Position numbers and translations under genes: made by a program. The notes under the pieces were generated by a model that was given only the letters and a program-made list of their open reading frames with translations, was not told the DNA's origin and did no database searches. Below are positions 17,302 through 27,015 of a stretch of 64,000 nucleotides of DNA, piece by piece; within the stretch, counting starts at the first letter, position 1, and each line of letters begins with the position of its first letter. The stretch is taken from positions 921 through 64,920 of the forward strand of contig JAFQQV010000060.1 in assembly GCA_017410425.1 (NCBI GenBank), in the 5' to 3' direction. The stretch is from Oscillospiraceae bacterium (GTDB lineage Bacteria > Bacillota > Clostridia > Oscillospirales > Oscillospiraceae).

Positions 17302-19683
17302 ATGAGTTTTTTTGAAAAATCACTTTTAACATTGGAGCTGCCCACAGTTCTTGCAATGCTGGCTGCCGAGGCGGTGAGCGAGCCTGCCAAGGAGCTGGCA
17401 GCACAGTTGGAACCTTCTCCCTATGAAGGTGAGGTTCTGCGCCGTCTGGGCGAAACTACAGCGGCAAAGACGATGATGATCGTTCGCGGCAGCCCTTCCT
17501 TCTATGGTGTTAAGGATGTGCGCCCCTATCTTGCAAGAGCGGATCTGGGCGGTGCGCTGAACACAAGGGAGCTTCTGGCCATTGCATCTGTTCTGCAGTG
17601 CGCAAGGCTGGTGCGCGCTTATATTGCCGAGGACAGCGTGGGCAAAACTCCCATTGACTATTTGTTCTATGCACTGCACGCCAATAAGTTCCTTGAGGAA
17701 AAAATCAGTTCCTCCATCGTCAGTGCTGACGAAATTGCTGACGCCGCCTCCAGTGAACTGGCATCCATCCGCCGCCATATGCGCGCTGCGGCCTCCAGAG
17801 CCCGTGATTCCCTGCAGAAGATAATTTCTTCTCCCAGCTATGCCAAGGTGCTGCAGGAGCCCATAATCACTATGCGTTCCGACCGCTATGTTGTGCCTGT
17901 CAAGGCCGAGTGCAAGGGTTCCATTCCCGGCCTTGTGCATGATATTTCTGCTTCCGGCGCCACAGTTTTTATTGAGCCTATGGCTGCCGTCAAGGCCAAT
18001 AATGAGCTGAGAGAGCTGGCGGCAAAGGAAAAGGCGGAGATTGAACGTATTCTCGCAGAGCTTTCTGCCGAATGTGCCGCTCACAGAGACGATATCAGCG
18101 CTGACTATGAGGTGCTGGTGGAGCTGGACCTTATCTTCGCCAAGGCAAAGCTTTCCTATAAGCTTAATTGCCAGCAGGCCGGTATTGAAGGCAAGGGCAT
18201 TGTTCTGCGCCGTGCCCGCCATCCGCTGCTGGATCAGGCCAAGGCAGTGCCCATCGACCTTGAACTGGGCGACAGCTTTGACACCCTTGTTATCACCGGT
18301 CCCAACACCGGCGGTAAGACTGTATCTCTCAAAACCATTGGTCTTCTGGCTGCAATGAACCAGTGCGGCCTGCATATCCCGGCAGACGATGGCAGCAATA
18401 TACCTGTTTTTACACACATCCTCGCTGACATCGGTGACGAGCAGAGCATTGAGCAGAGCCTGTCCACCTTCTCTGCACATATGACCAATATAGTTAACAT
18501 AATATATGAGTGTGACGATAAGTCACTGGTACTCTTTGATGAGCTTGGCGCAGGTACAGACCCCACGGAGGGTGCGGCTCTGGCTATCTCCATTATAGAG
18601 TATGCCCGCCAGAAGGGCGCAGTAATTGCAGCTACAACCCACTATGCTGAGCTTAAGGTATATGCCACCAATGAACCCGGTGTTATGAATGCCTCCTGCG
18701 AGTTTGATGTGGAGTCTCTTAAACCCACCTACAGGCTGCTTGTGGGCATACCCGGCAAGTCCAATGCTTTTGCAATTTCAAAGCGCCTTGGCCTTGGCGA
18801 TGATATAATTGAGGACGCCAAAAACCGTGTCAGCACCGAGAGCGCAAGCTTTGAAGCTACCATTGAGAAGCTGGAGAAAACCAGAGTTTTAATGGAGAAG
18901 GACAGAAACGAAGCTGCCATGAAGCTTCGTGAGGCTCAGGAATGCGCCAAGAAGGCCGCTTTCCTCAGGGCGGAGCTGGAGGTTCGCCTTGAGAAGGCGG
19001 ACGTCAAATCCCGTCGCGAGGCTGAACGTATCATAGCTGAAGCCCGCGAAACTGCCGAGCAGGTGTTCAAAGAGCTGGATGAGATGCGTAAAATGGCGGA
19101 CGAGGATGAGGATGCAAGCCGCGTAAATGAGGCCCGTGCCCAGCTGCGCCGTAAGCTGAATCTCTCTGAACAGTCCTTCCAGAAGGACATTGCCGCAGAG
19201 CTGGAAGATAAGAAGTCCGCCAGACCTGTACAGCCCGGCGATACCGTACAGATAAAGTCCATGGGCATGAAGGCCACTGTTGTCTCCAAGTCACCTGACG
19301 GTGTGCTCTCTCTGCGCGCAGGCATTATGAATGTGACTGCCAAGGAAGACGAAGTTTTGCTGCTTGAAGGCGAAAAAGTCACCTTGCCCAAGAACAAAAC
19401 CCCCAAAGGCGGTGGAGGCGGCCAGATGCACAGCATGAGTATCGCTTCTGAGATCGATCTTCGCGGTATGGAGGCCATTGATGCTGTCATGACGGCAGAG
19501 AATTATATAGACTCAGCAGTTATGGCAAAGCTCAAAACCATCACCATAATCCACGGTAAAGGCACTGGTGCGCTCAGGGCTGCAATACAGCAGATGCTGA
19601 GAAAGAACAAGAGCGTCAAGAGCTTCCGTCTGGGCCGATATGGTGAAGGCGAGGCCGGTGTTACCGTTGTAGAACTGAAATAA
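17302..19683 (+). CDS. mutS2: Endonuclease MutS2
   Basis: Walker A GPNTGGKT, MutS domain V, and a C-terminal Smr domain (IIHGKGTGALR). Confidence 0.92.
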   Translation: MSFFEKSLLTLELPTVLAMLAAEAVSEPAKELAAQLEPSPYEGEVLRRLGETTAAKTMMIVRGSPSFYGVKDVRPYLARADLGGALNTRELLAIASVLQCARLVRAYIAEDSVGKTPIDYLFYALHANKFLEEKISSSIVSADEIADAASSELASIRRHMRAAASRARDSLQKIISSPSYAKVLQEPIITMRSDRYVVPVKAECKGSIPGLVHDISASGATVFIEPMAAVKANNELRELAAKEKAEIERILAELSAECAAHRDDISADYEVLVELDLIFAKAKLSYKLNCQQAGIEGKGIVLRRARHPLLDQAKAVPIDLELGDSFDTLVITGPNTGGKTVSLKTIGLLAAMNQCGLHIPADDGSNIPVFTHILADIGDEQSIEQSLSTFSAHMTNIVNIIYECDDKSLVLFDELGAGTDPTEGAALAISIIEYARQKGAVIAATTHYAELKVYATNEPGVMNASCEFDVESLKPTYRLLVGIPGKSNAFAISKRLGLGDDIIEDAKNRVSTESASFEATIEKLEKTRVLMEKDRNEAAMKLREAQECAKKAAFLRAELEVRLEKADVKSRREAERIIAEARETAEQVFKELDEMRKMADEDEDASRVNEARAQLRRKLNLSEQSFQKDIAAELEDKKSARPVQPGDTVQIKSMGMKATVVSKSPDGVLSLRAGIMNVTAKEDEVLLLEGEKVTLPKNKTPKGGGGGQMHSMSIASEIDLRGMEAIDAVMTAENYIDSAVMAKLKTITIIHGKGTGALRAAIQQMLRKNKSVKSFRLGRYGEGEAGVTVVELK

Positions 19684-19829
19684 AAAAACGATTTAGCACC
19701 TTAAATAAATGTACAAAGTGACGAATGAGTCGAAACTTGTTGACGATTGAGCAAAAAAATGGTACTCTAACATCACAAAATTATTTTGTTTGTACTATTC
19801 TTAATTAATAGGAAGAAGGAGTGGCAAGT

Positions 19830-20093
19830 ATGATAACCAAAGAGGTAGTCATTAAAAATCAGGTAGGTCTGCACGCAAGACCCGCGACTTTTTTCATTCA
19901 GAAAGCCAATGAGTTCAAGAGCAGCATTTGGGTAGAAAAAGAAGAGAGACGTGTAAATGCAAAGAGCCTTCTGGGCGTTCTGTCTCTTGGTATCGTGAAG
20001 GGTACTGCAATCACCATCATTGCCGACGGCGCCGATGAGGACGAGGCAATCGCTACTCTGGCAGAGCTTATTGACTCTGACTTCTCCGAGTAA
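19830..20093 (+). CDS. ptsH: Phosphocarrier protein HPr
   Basis: GLHARPA (His15 site) and KSLLGVLSLG (Ser46 site). ATG 19830 follows GAAGGAG. Confidence 0.9.
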   Translation: MITKEVVIKNQVGLHARPATFFIQKANEFKSSIWVEKEERRVNAKSLLGVLSLGIVKGTAITIIADGADEDEAIATLAELIDSDFSE

Positions 20094-20108
20094 TTCTTAG
20101 CACAATCT

Positions 20109-20139
20109 GAGCCGTGTGATTTTCACACGGCTCTTTTTT
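20109..20139 (+). terminator. Rho-independent terminator after ptsH
   Basis: gagccgtgtga-ttt-tcacacggctc followed by TTTTTT. Confidence 0.8.
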
Positions 20140-20164
20140 AGTATTAGTATTAAGAGGTGCCGAT

Positions 20165-20734
20165 ATGGGACTTTTGGATAAAATAAACAGATGGCGCGGC
20201 TTTTATGATGAGAGTATTGAGCCTTGTCAGGAATTTGCTGCCTTCCCTATAAAGTTTACATGCTTTGAAGATTTTGCAGATCCCTTTGCCCGCTCCATGA
20301 GCATGGAAATTTTCAAAGCCATGGGCAAGGAAAAAGAAATTGAGAACGGAGTTCCCTATGTGCTTTGGGGTGATCGCCCCGCCGCGGATGAGTATGTCTA
20401 TATTCTTCGCTGCGAGACTTTGACAGACGAGCTGTTGGAAAGCTTTGAAGAAGCCCAGCAGGCATTTTTGGAATCCGTTACCGATGAATATAAGCGTTCT
20501 CTCATTACTCTTGTATGCGTGGAGAATGGATCTTCCGCCTTTGAGCGCTATTGTGAGCGCAAGCCCCGCATGGAAGGCTTTGAATTACAGGAGCTTGTTG
20601 TGGGCATAAACTTTGCCGAGCAGACTATGCACACCGGAATCCTTTCCAATTGTGTAGGTGAGAAAAATGCCGCCGTACTGCGTAAGGAATTTCTGCGCAT
20701 GATAAGAGCAGCGGAAAACTGTTTTAACGGATGA
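20165..20734 (+). CDS. Hypothetical protein
   Basis: 189 aa ORF with coding-like composition and no motif I recognise. Translationally coupled to the downstream EamA gene. Confidence 0.5.
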   Translation: MGLLDKINRWRGFYDESIEPCQEFAAFPIKFTCFEDFADPFARSMSMEIFKAMGKEKEIENGVPYVLWGDRPAADEYVYILRCETLTDELLESFEEAQQAFLESVTDEYKRSLITLVCVENGSSAFERYCERKPRMEGFELQELVVGINFAEQTMHTGILSNCVGEKNAAVLRKEFLRMIRAAENCFNG

Positions 20735-21603
20735 TTAAAATGAATAAAGAACGTATTGCAATAGTTCAGATGCTGGTCTGTGCTTCGTTCTGGAGTATTG
20801 CGGGAATTTTCATAAAGCTTATACCCTGGAATGGATTTGCTATCGCTGGTATGCGCAGCCTTATTTCCGGCATTACTATTTTTATCTGCATGAAACTTAT
20901 GGGAATAGACTATGTTCTCAATAAGAAAACCTTTATGACCGGTCTGTTTACAGCCTGCGTCTATATCTGCTTTGTCTGCGCCAATAAGCTTACAACCGCG
21001 GCAAACGCTATTGTCATTCAGTACACTTGCCCGGTGTTTATCGTTATATTTGAGGTTCTGTTTTACGGCAAGAAGGCTCGTAAGCAGGATGTCACAGTGG
21101 TGCTGCTGACGCTCGGCGGCATAGCCCTGTTCTTCTTTGACCAGCTTGAGGGCGGATATATACTGGGAAATATTGTTGCAATTGTCGCCGGAATGTTTAT
21201 GGCAGGCATGTTTGTCACCATGGGTGAGCTGGAGGAAAACCAGCGCTTTTCCGGAATTCTCAATGCCCAGATTTTGACTTTCCTTGTGGGCTTGCCGTTT
21301 TTCGTTTTTGGAGGAACCCAGATTACAGGCACATCAGTCCTGTGCATACTTATTCTTGGCGTTATACAGCTTGGCCTTCCTTATGTACTTTATATCAAGG
21401 CTACAAAGTACTGCCCGCCTCTGGCCTGTAGTCTGCTCAGTACTATTGAGCCCTTGCTAAACCCTGTATGGGTATTTATCTTTGATGGCGAACGCCCGGG
21501 TATGTATGCCCTTATAGGCGGCGTGGTAGTTATTGTTTCAATCACCGTCTGGTGCATCTTCGGTCAGGAGAAAGCACCGCAGGAAAAATTGCTTGAGGTA
21601 TAA
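20731..21603 (+). CDS. DMT superfamily (EamA-like) transporter
   Basis: About 10 hydrophobic segments in two EamA-like halves. Confidence 0.8.
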   Translation: MIKMNKERIAIVQMLVCASFWSIAGIFIKLIPWNGFAIAGMRSLISGITIFICMKLMGIDYVLNKKTFMTGLFTACVYICFVCANKLTTAANAIVIQYTCPVFIVIFEVLFYGKKARKQDVTVVLLTLGGIALFFFDQLEGGYILGNIVAIVAGMFMAGMFVTMGELEENQRFSGILNAQILTFLVGLPFFVFGGTQITGTSVLCILILGVIQLGLPYVLYIKATKYCPPLACSLLSTIEPLLNPVWVFIFDGERPGMYALIGGVVVIVSITVWCIFGQEKAPQEKLLEV

Positions 21604-21608
21604 ACCAT

Positions 21609-23429
21609 ATGCTTGATTCCCTGAGGGAAAAAGCGAATAATCTGCCCCTGCTTCCGGGCGTGTATATAATGCTGGATGAACAGTCTGAGGTTATATACGT
21701 GGGCAAGGCAAAGAAGCTGAAAAACCGTGTCAGCTCTTATTTTCATGGAGAGCATCTGCCAAAGGTGGCCGCCATGGTGGAGAAGGTGCGGGATTTCAAC
21801 GTAATTGTTGCCGCCAGTGAGTTTGAGGCCCTGGTGCTGGAAAACTCTCTTATCAAGCGGCATAAGCCCAGGTATAACATCCTTCTCAAGGACGATAAGG
21901 GTTATCCCTTTATCAGGCTCGATATGCGGGAGGAGTATCCCGCAATGAGTCTGCAGAGCCATGCTGCCAAGGATGGCGCAAAATATTTCGGACCCTTCGG
22001 CGGCAGAAGCCAGACAAGGGATATTATCAGCACCATATCAAAAGCCCTGCTGCTGCCTGATTGTTCCAGAAAATTTCCCAGGGACATCGGTAAGGAACGG
22101 CCCTGCCTGAACTACCACATGGGCACCTGTGCAGGCTGGTGCCTTAAGGACTCCAGTGCAGAAGACTATCGCCAGCGCATGATGCAGGCGGCCTTGATAC
22201 TGGACGGCAGAAGCCGTGAGCTTGTGGAAGAGCTTAAGGAAAAAATGGAGGCCGCGGCAGAGGAGCTTCGCTTTGAAAAAGCCGCTGAGCTTCGTGACAG
22301 GCTGCGCGCCATAGAAGGCGTTGCAAATAAGCAGCGAGTAATTGCCACCGCCTTTGCGGATACCGATGCCGTTGGTTTTTGCCGCGGCGCAAAAAGCTGT
22401 TTTACTCTGCTCCATTTTGTTGAGGGCAGCCTTGTGGTCAAAGAAGTTATTATGATTGAGGAACCTCTTGAAAATGACAGCGAAGCCATGTCAGAGTTTC
22501 TCCACCAGTATTACGGCAACCACCGGGGCGGCTGGCCCAAGAGTGTGCTGCTGCCCTGCGACATTGAAGACCGGGCAGAGCTGGAGGATTTTCTCAGCCA
22601 GCTTTCCGGCCGGAAAATGTATATAGAAACTCCCAGAAGGGGAGAGCGGCTACGTCTTGTGGAGAGCGCCGGGCTTAACGCCAGGGAGGAAATCCAACGC
22701 CGCACAACCGCGGCCCAGAGACGAAGCAAAACTCTGGAGTGGCTGCAGAAGGCTTTGGGGCTTGAAAACTTTCCTGAGCGTATCGAAGCTTTTGACATTT
22801 CAAACCTTGGTGCCACAGGCATAGTTGCTGCCATGACCGTGCATGTGGACGGCAAGCCCCTCAAGCGTGATTACCGCAGATTCAGGATAAAGGAACTTGA
22901 TAACCCTGACGACTATGCCAGCATGTATCAGGCGGTCTACCGCAGATTCAGGCACTACTGTGAGGGAGACGAAAAGTTTTCCACACTGCCGGATCTGCTG
23001 CTGATAGATGGCGGCGACAGCCATGCTGCCATGGCGGAAAAAGCACTTTCTGAGCTGGGGCTGAGCATACCGGTCTATGGTATGGTAAAGGATGACAGAC
23101 ACCGCACAAGGGCGCTCATAGATTCCGATGGCCATGAGGTTGGCATTAACACCAATCAGGCGGTTTTTGCGCTGGTGGGCAATATTCAGGAGGAAACCCA
23201 CCGCTTTGCAATTGAGTATCAGCGTTCGCTGAGAAATGAAAGCTACGCATCTGAACTGGAAAAGATACCGGGCGTGGGCGAAAAGCGGCGGCAGGATCTT
23301 ATAAAAGCCTTCAAATCCCTCAAAGCCATACGCGAGGCTGAGCTTACGCAGCTTGAACTGGTAGTACCCAAAAACACTGCCAGAGCAATATATGATTATT
23401 TTCACAGTGAAAAAGGTGATAAAAAATGA
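21609..23429 (+). CDS. uvrC: Excinuclease ABC subunit C
   Basis: GIY-YIG N-terminus (PGVYIMLDE..VIYVGKAKKLKNR), UVR domain, and a C-terminal (HhH)2. Confidence 0.93.
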   Translation: MLDSLREKANNLPLLPGVYIMLDEQSEVIYVGKAKKLKNRVSSYFHGEHLPKVAAMVEKVRDFNVIVAASEFEALVLENSLIKRHKPRYNILLKDDKGYPFIRLDMREEYPAMSLQSHAAKDGAKYFGPFGGRSQTRDIISTISKALLLPDCSRKFPRDIGKERPCLNYHMGTCAGWCLKDSSAEDYRQRMMQAALILDGRSRELVEELKEKMEAAAEELRFEKAAELRDRLRAIEGVANKQRVIATAFADTDAVGFCRGAKSCFTLLHFVEGSLVVKEVIMIEEPLENDSEAMSEFLHQYYGNHRGGWPKSVLLPCDIEDRAELEDFLSQLSGRKMYIETPRRGERLRLVESAGLNAREEIQRRTTAAQRRSKTLEWLQKALGLENFPERIEAFDISNLGATGIVAAMTVHVDGKPLKRDYRRFRIKELDNPDDYASMYQAVYRRFRHYCEGDEKFSTLPDLLLIDGGDSHAAMAEKALSELGLSIPVYGMVKDDRHRTRALIDSDGHEVGINTNQAVFALVGNIQEETHRFAIEYQRSLRNESYASELEKIPGVGEKRRQDLIKAFKSLKAIREAELTQLELVVPKNTARAIYDYFHSEKGDKK

Positions 23430-23965
23430 GAGTTATAACCGGCACTGCCAGAGGCAGAAAACTTAAAACTCCCGAGGGAATGGATATCCGCCCTACCACT
23501 GATAACGTAAAGGAGTCCATTTTCAACATCATTCAGTTTGATATTGAGGGCAGAAGGGTGCTGGACCTTTTTGCAGGCACCGGTCAGCTGGGCATAGAGT
23601 GTCTTAGCCGCGGCGCAAGCGAAGCTGTTTTTGTGGACAGCAGCCGCGACGCTATAAAGATAGTCAAGGATAATCTCAAGACCTGTGGCTTCAATGCTCC
23701 CGTCCTGCAGATGGACGCTTTGAGCTATCTCAGAAGCTGCGGTAAGTTTGATCTTATCCTTATTGACCCTCCTTATGATTCCGGCGTGTATGAGAGTGTA
23801 CTGGAAACTATCAATTCGGTTGACATATTGTCGGATGGTGGTATAATAATGTGCGAATCCCGGCGGGAAAAGCCTCTGCCGGAGATGCAGGCTCCTTACA
23901 GAAAAGTCAAGGAGTATAATTACGGCAAGGTTAAGCTTTGCCTGTATACTAAGGAGAACGCGTGA
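23426..23965 (+). CDS. rsmD: 16S rRNA (guanine966-N2)-methyltransferase
   Basis: MRVITGTARGRKL.. and the LILIDPPY motif. Confidence 0.9.
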   Translation: MRVITGTARGRKLKTPEGMDIRPTTDNVKESIFNIIQFDIEGRRVLDLFAGTGQLGIECLSRGASEAVFVDSSRDAIKIVKDNLKTCGFNAPVLQMDALSYLRSCGKFDLILIDPPYDSGVYESVLETINSVDILSDGGIIMCESRREKPLPEMQAPYRKVKEYNYGKVKLCLYTKENA

Positions 23966-24456
23966 TGAAAACCGCGATTTGTCCCGGCAGCTTTGATCCC
24001 ATTACTTTGGGTCATCTGAACATTATTCGCCGCGCTGCGAATATTTTTGACCATGTTGTTGTGTGCATTATGTGTAACCCCAGCAAGACATCTCCCATGT
24101 TCACCATCGAGGAAAAGCTGGAGATGGCACGCAAGGCCACTGCAAAATACAAGAACGTCACTGTCGAGACTTATGAAGGCTGGCTTGCAGACTATGTCAA
24201 ACATTTTGACGGCGCTGTTATAATCAAGGGGCTCAGAGCGGCATCTGACTTTGATTATGAGTTCCAGATGGACATAATCAACAAGCGTCTCAACTCTGAT
24301 ATTGAGACAATGTTCCTGCCTTCCGACCAGAAGTATACCTTTATCAGTTCCACAATGGTCAGAGAAATGGCCCGCTACGGTGCTGATCTCGACGGCCTTG
24401 TACCTGATGAGCTGATAGATTTTATCAAACAAAAAGCTGAGCAATGGAGGAAATAA
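23962..24456 (+). CDS. coaD: Pantetheine-phosphate adenylyltransferase
   Basis: CPGSFDPITLGH (T/HxGH) and ISSTMVRE motifs. Confidence 0.93.
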   Translation: MMKTAICPGSFDPITLGHLNIIRRAANIFDHVVVCIMCNPSKTSPMFTIEEKLEMARKATAKYKNVTVETYEGWLADYVKHFDGAVIIKGLRAASDFDYEFQMDIINKRLNSDIETMFLPSDQKYTFISSTMVREMARYGADLDGLVPDELIDFIKQKAEQWRK

Positions 24457-24459
24457 ACG

Positions 24460-25101
24460 ATGGCCAACAACGATATTATTGAACTGCTGGACATCCTTTA
24501 CGGCATGGTCAATGAGGCATGGAGTGTGCCCCTTGGCAATGACAAGTGCATAATTGAGCGTGAGAAGGCCATTGAAATCATCAATGAGATCAAGGTCAAT
24601 CTTCCCACCGCCATTGCTGAAGCACAGCGTCTGGTTTCTGCAAGGGATGAATTCATCGGCAACGCCAAGCGTGAGGCTGAGGCCATGCGCAAGAACGCCG
24701 AGGAGCAGGCCCGCCTGATGATAGAGGAGCAGGAAGTTGTCCGTGTTGCCCGTGCAAAGAGCAACGAGATGATTACTTCTGCCGAGGCCAAAAGCAAGGA
24801 GCTTCGCCGCGTTGCCAGCGAGTATGTTGAGCAGATTATGAGCGAGACTGAAAGAAGCATGCAGGAAGCACTGGCCACTATCCAGACTGCCCACAATTCT
24901 TTCAAGGCACTGGGCGGCGGCCTGCCTGCAGCTCAGCCCAAGGCAGAAGCCCAGCAGCCCAAGGCAAAGGAAGAGCCCAAGGCAAAAGCCCAGCCCAAGG
25001 CAGACGGCAAGCAGGCTCAGTCTGCTCCCAAGCAGAAGGCCGAGCCTAAGCCCAGACCTCAGGGCCCTGCAAAAATCCAGCGTATCCAGCGCGAGGAATA
25101 A
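24460..25101 (+). CDS. Coiled-coil protein with a Lys/Pro/Ala/Gln-rich tail (ATP-synthase-b/V-ATPase-H-like annotation class)
   Basis: Heptad-rich AEAQRL..REAEAMRKNAEEQARL.. and a low-complexity tail PKAEAQQPKAKEEPKAKAQPKADGK. Confidence 0.5.
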   Translation: MANNDIIELLDILYGMVNEAWSVPLGNDKCIIEREKAIEIINEIKVNLPTAIAEAQRLVSARDEFIGNAKREAEAMRKNAEEQARLMIEEQEVVRVARAKSNEMITSAEAKSKELRRVASEYVEQIMSETERSMQEALATIQTAHNSFKALGGGLPAAQPKAEAQQPKAKEEPKAKAQPKADGKQAQSAPKQKAEPKPRPQGPAKIQRIQREE

Positions 25102-25126
25102 TGCAAACACAATATACATAGTACAA

Positions 25127-25167
25127 GTTCCCACTCAGGACACAAGACCTTGAGTGGGAACTTTTTT
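25127..25167 (+). terminator. Rho-independent terminator ahead of the dcw cluster
   Basis: gttcccactca..tgagtgggaac stem followed by TTTTTT. Confidence 0.75.
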
Positions 25168-25214
25168 GCCTAAAAAAGCGCAAGAAAAAGTCAAAATATA
25201 ACAAAAAGTTTCTC

Positions 25215-25243
25215 TTGCTTTTTGAGAAAAGCCCCCCTATAAT
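25215..25243 (+). promoter_or_regulatory. dcw (mraZ) promoter
   Basis: TTGCTT (25215-25220), a 17 nt spacer, then TATAAT (25238-25243). Confidence 0.55.
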
Positions 25244-25253
25244 GAAAGACGAA

Positions 25254-25278
25254 GTGGTTAAAAGTGGGGCTAAATGGG
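25254..25278 (+). promoter_or_regulatory. Putative MraZ operator: three GTGG(G/T)-type repeats at 10 bp phasing
   Basis: GTGGT at 25254, GTGGG at 25264 and ATGGG at 25274, each followed by an A-rich spacer, between the -10 element and the mraZ start. Confidence 0.5.
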
Positions 25279-25309
25279 TTAAAAACCCACAATTGGGGGA
25301 GGACACACA

Positions 25310-25726
25310 ATGACAGGCGAGTATCAGCACTCTCTTGACAGTAAGGGAAGGCTGTTTATACCTGCCAAGCTCAGGGATGAGCTGGGTGAGGTTTTTTATA
25401 TAACCATATCTATGGACCGTTGTCTCTGCGCGTACAGCAGCGATAACTGGGACGCTCTGTCAGCACGTGTCAACGCCATGCCATACGTAAAACAGCGTAA
25501 AATGCGTCCGCTTTTTGCCCACGCCGCAAGGTGTGAGCTGGACAGCCAGGGCCGTGCACTTATTCCCATGAATCTCAGGGAATACGCAGGCTTCAGGAAA
25601 AATGTCACCGTTGTCGGCTGCAACAACCATGCCGAACTCTGGGACAGCGAAGCCTGGGAAGCTGTCTTCAAGCTTGAGACCACTCCGGAGAATATTGCCG
25701 CTGTTATGGAGGAACTTGAGTTTTGA
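25310..25726 (+). CDS. mraZ: Transcriptional regulator MraZ
   Basis: Two SpoVT/AbrB-like halves with DSKGRLFIP and DSQGRALIP. Confidence 0.93.
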   Translation: MTGEYQHSLDSKGRLFIPAKLRDELGEVFYITISMDRCLCAYSSDNWDALSARVNAMPYVKQRKMRPLFAHAARCELDSQGRALIPMNLREYAGFRKNVTVVGCNNHAELWDSEAWEAVFKLETTPENIAAVMEELEF

Positions 25727-26676
25727 CACACGAAACTTTCTCACAGGATCCAAGACACTATTCTGTGCTCCTTTATGAGTGCATTGAAAACCTTAATATA
25801 AAGCCCGACGGGATTTATCTTGACGGAACTCTCGGCATGGGCGGACATTCTTATCAGATCGCCTCCCGGCTCACCACCGGTCGGCTCATCAGTATTGACA
25901 GAGATGAGACGGCTATAGAGCGTGCCGGAAGGCGTCTTGCGCCTTTTATGGACAGGGTAACGCTGGTTCACGGTAACTTTTCCGATGCCGCAGCCATACT
26001 TGATCAGCTTGGTATTGATAAAGTTGACGGCATGCTGTTTGACCTGGGCGTATCTTCTCCCCAGCTTGATGAGATAGAGCGCGGCTTTTCCTATATGGGC
26101 GATGCCCCTCTGGACATGCGCATGGATGCAAGCGACGCACTTACTGCTTATGATGTTGTGAACACTTGGGACGAAAATCGCCTTAACCGTATTCTCTGGG
26201 ACTATGGCGAGGAGCGCTATGCCAGGCGTATTACCGCCGCTATACTCAAGCACCGCGCGGTAAAACCAATTGAGACCACGCTGGAGCTGGTTGATATTAT
26301 CCGCAGCGCTATGCCTGCTGCGGCGCTCAGAGAGAAACAGCATCCTGCAAAGCGAACATTCCAGGCAATCCGAATCGCCGTAAACGACGAGTTGGGCGCA
26401 ATCTCCAATATGATGGAAAGCGCTCCTGATAAGCTCAATGAAGGCGGCAGACTTTGCGTGATAAGTTTCCACTCTCTGGAGGACAGAATTATCAAGTCCG
26501 GTATAGCGGCCCGTGAAAACGGCTGCACCTGCCCCAGAGAAGCCCCCATCTGCACTTGCGGCTTTGTCAGAACTCTCAAGAGCGTAAGCCGCAAGCCTAT
26601 TCTGCCCTCTGCTCAGGAACTGGAGGAAAATCCCCGCTCACGCAGCGCAAAGCTGAGAGTGGCCGAGAGGGTATGA
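25723..26676 (+). CDS. rsmH: 16S rRNA (cytosine1402-N4)-methyltransferase
   Basis: HYSVLL.., DGTLGMGGHS, DLGVSSPQLD. TTG start overlaps the mraZ stop. Confidence 0.92.
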   Translation: MTHETFSQDPRHYSVLLYECIENLNIKPDGIYLDGTLGMGGHSYQIASRLTTGRLISIDRDETAIERAGRRLAPFMDRVTLVHGNFSDAAAILDQLGIDKVDGMLFDLGVSSPQLDEIERGFSYMGDAPLDMRMDASDALTAYDVVNTWDENRLNRILWDYGEERYARRITAAILKHRAVKPIETTLELVDIIRSAMPAAALREKQHPAKRTFQAIRIAVNDELGAISNMMESAPDKLNEGGRLCVISFHSLEDRIIKSGIAARENGCTCPREAPICTCGFVRTLKSVSRKPILPSAQELEENPRSRSAKLRVAERV

Positions 26677-26963
26677 AAATAAAGAAAAACCAATCCAATA
26701 ATTTCTTCAGGGCAGTTTGTCTTTGCTTTTCACTGGTTCTGCTTATGCTTTTGATCAATTCTCACGTGCAGCTAATGACTGTGGACAGAGAGTTGCTGCG
26801 GCTTGAAGAAGAACTTGCCAAGGCAGAGGATGAGATAGAAATACTGCGTGTACGCAATGAAAACAGAATAAGCCTTGAACAGCTTGAAAATCTGGCGCTG
26901 AACAGCCTTGGTATGCATAGGCCCGGCGTCGGACAAGTGTATTTTGGAATACTTCCGGGATAA
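26673..26963 (+). CDS. ftsL: Cell division protein FtsL-like
   Basis: 96 aa, one TM segment followed by a coiled coil (LRLEEELAKAEDEIEILR). ATG overlaps the rsmH stop, and the dcw position is conserved. Confidence 0.7.
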   Translation: MKIKKNQSNNFFRAVCLCFSLVLLMLLINSHVQLMTVDRELLRLEEELAKAEDEIEILRVRNENRISLEQLENLALNSLGMHRPGVGQVYFGILPG

Positions 26964-27015
26964 AAATATGAGCCCCCGAATATGATTTTCATATATTGAA
27001 TGGCGGGGGACAACT

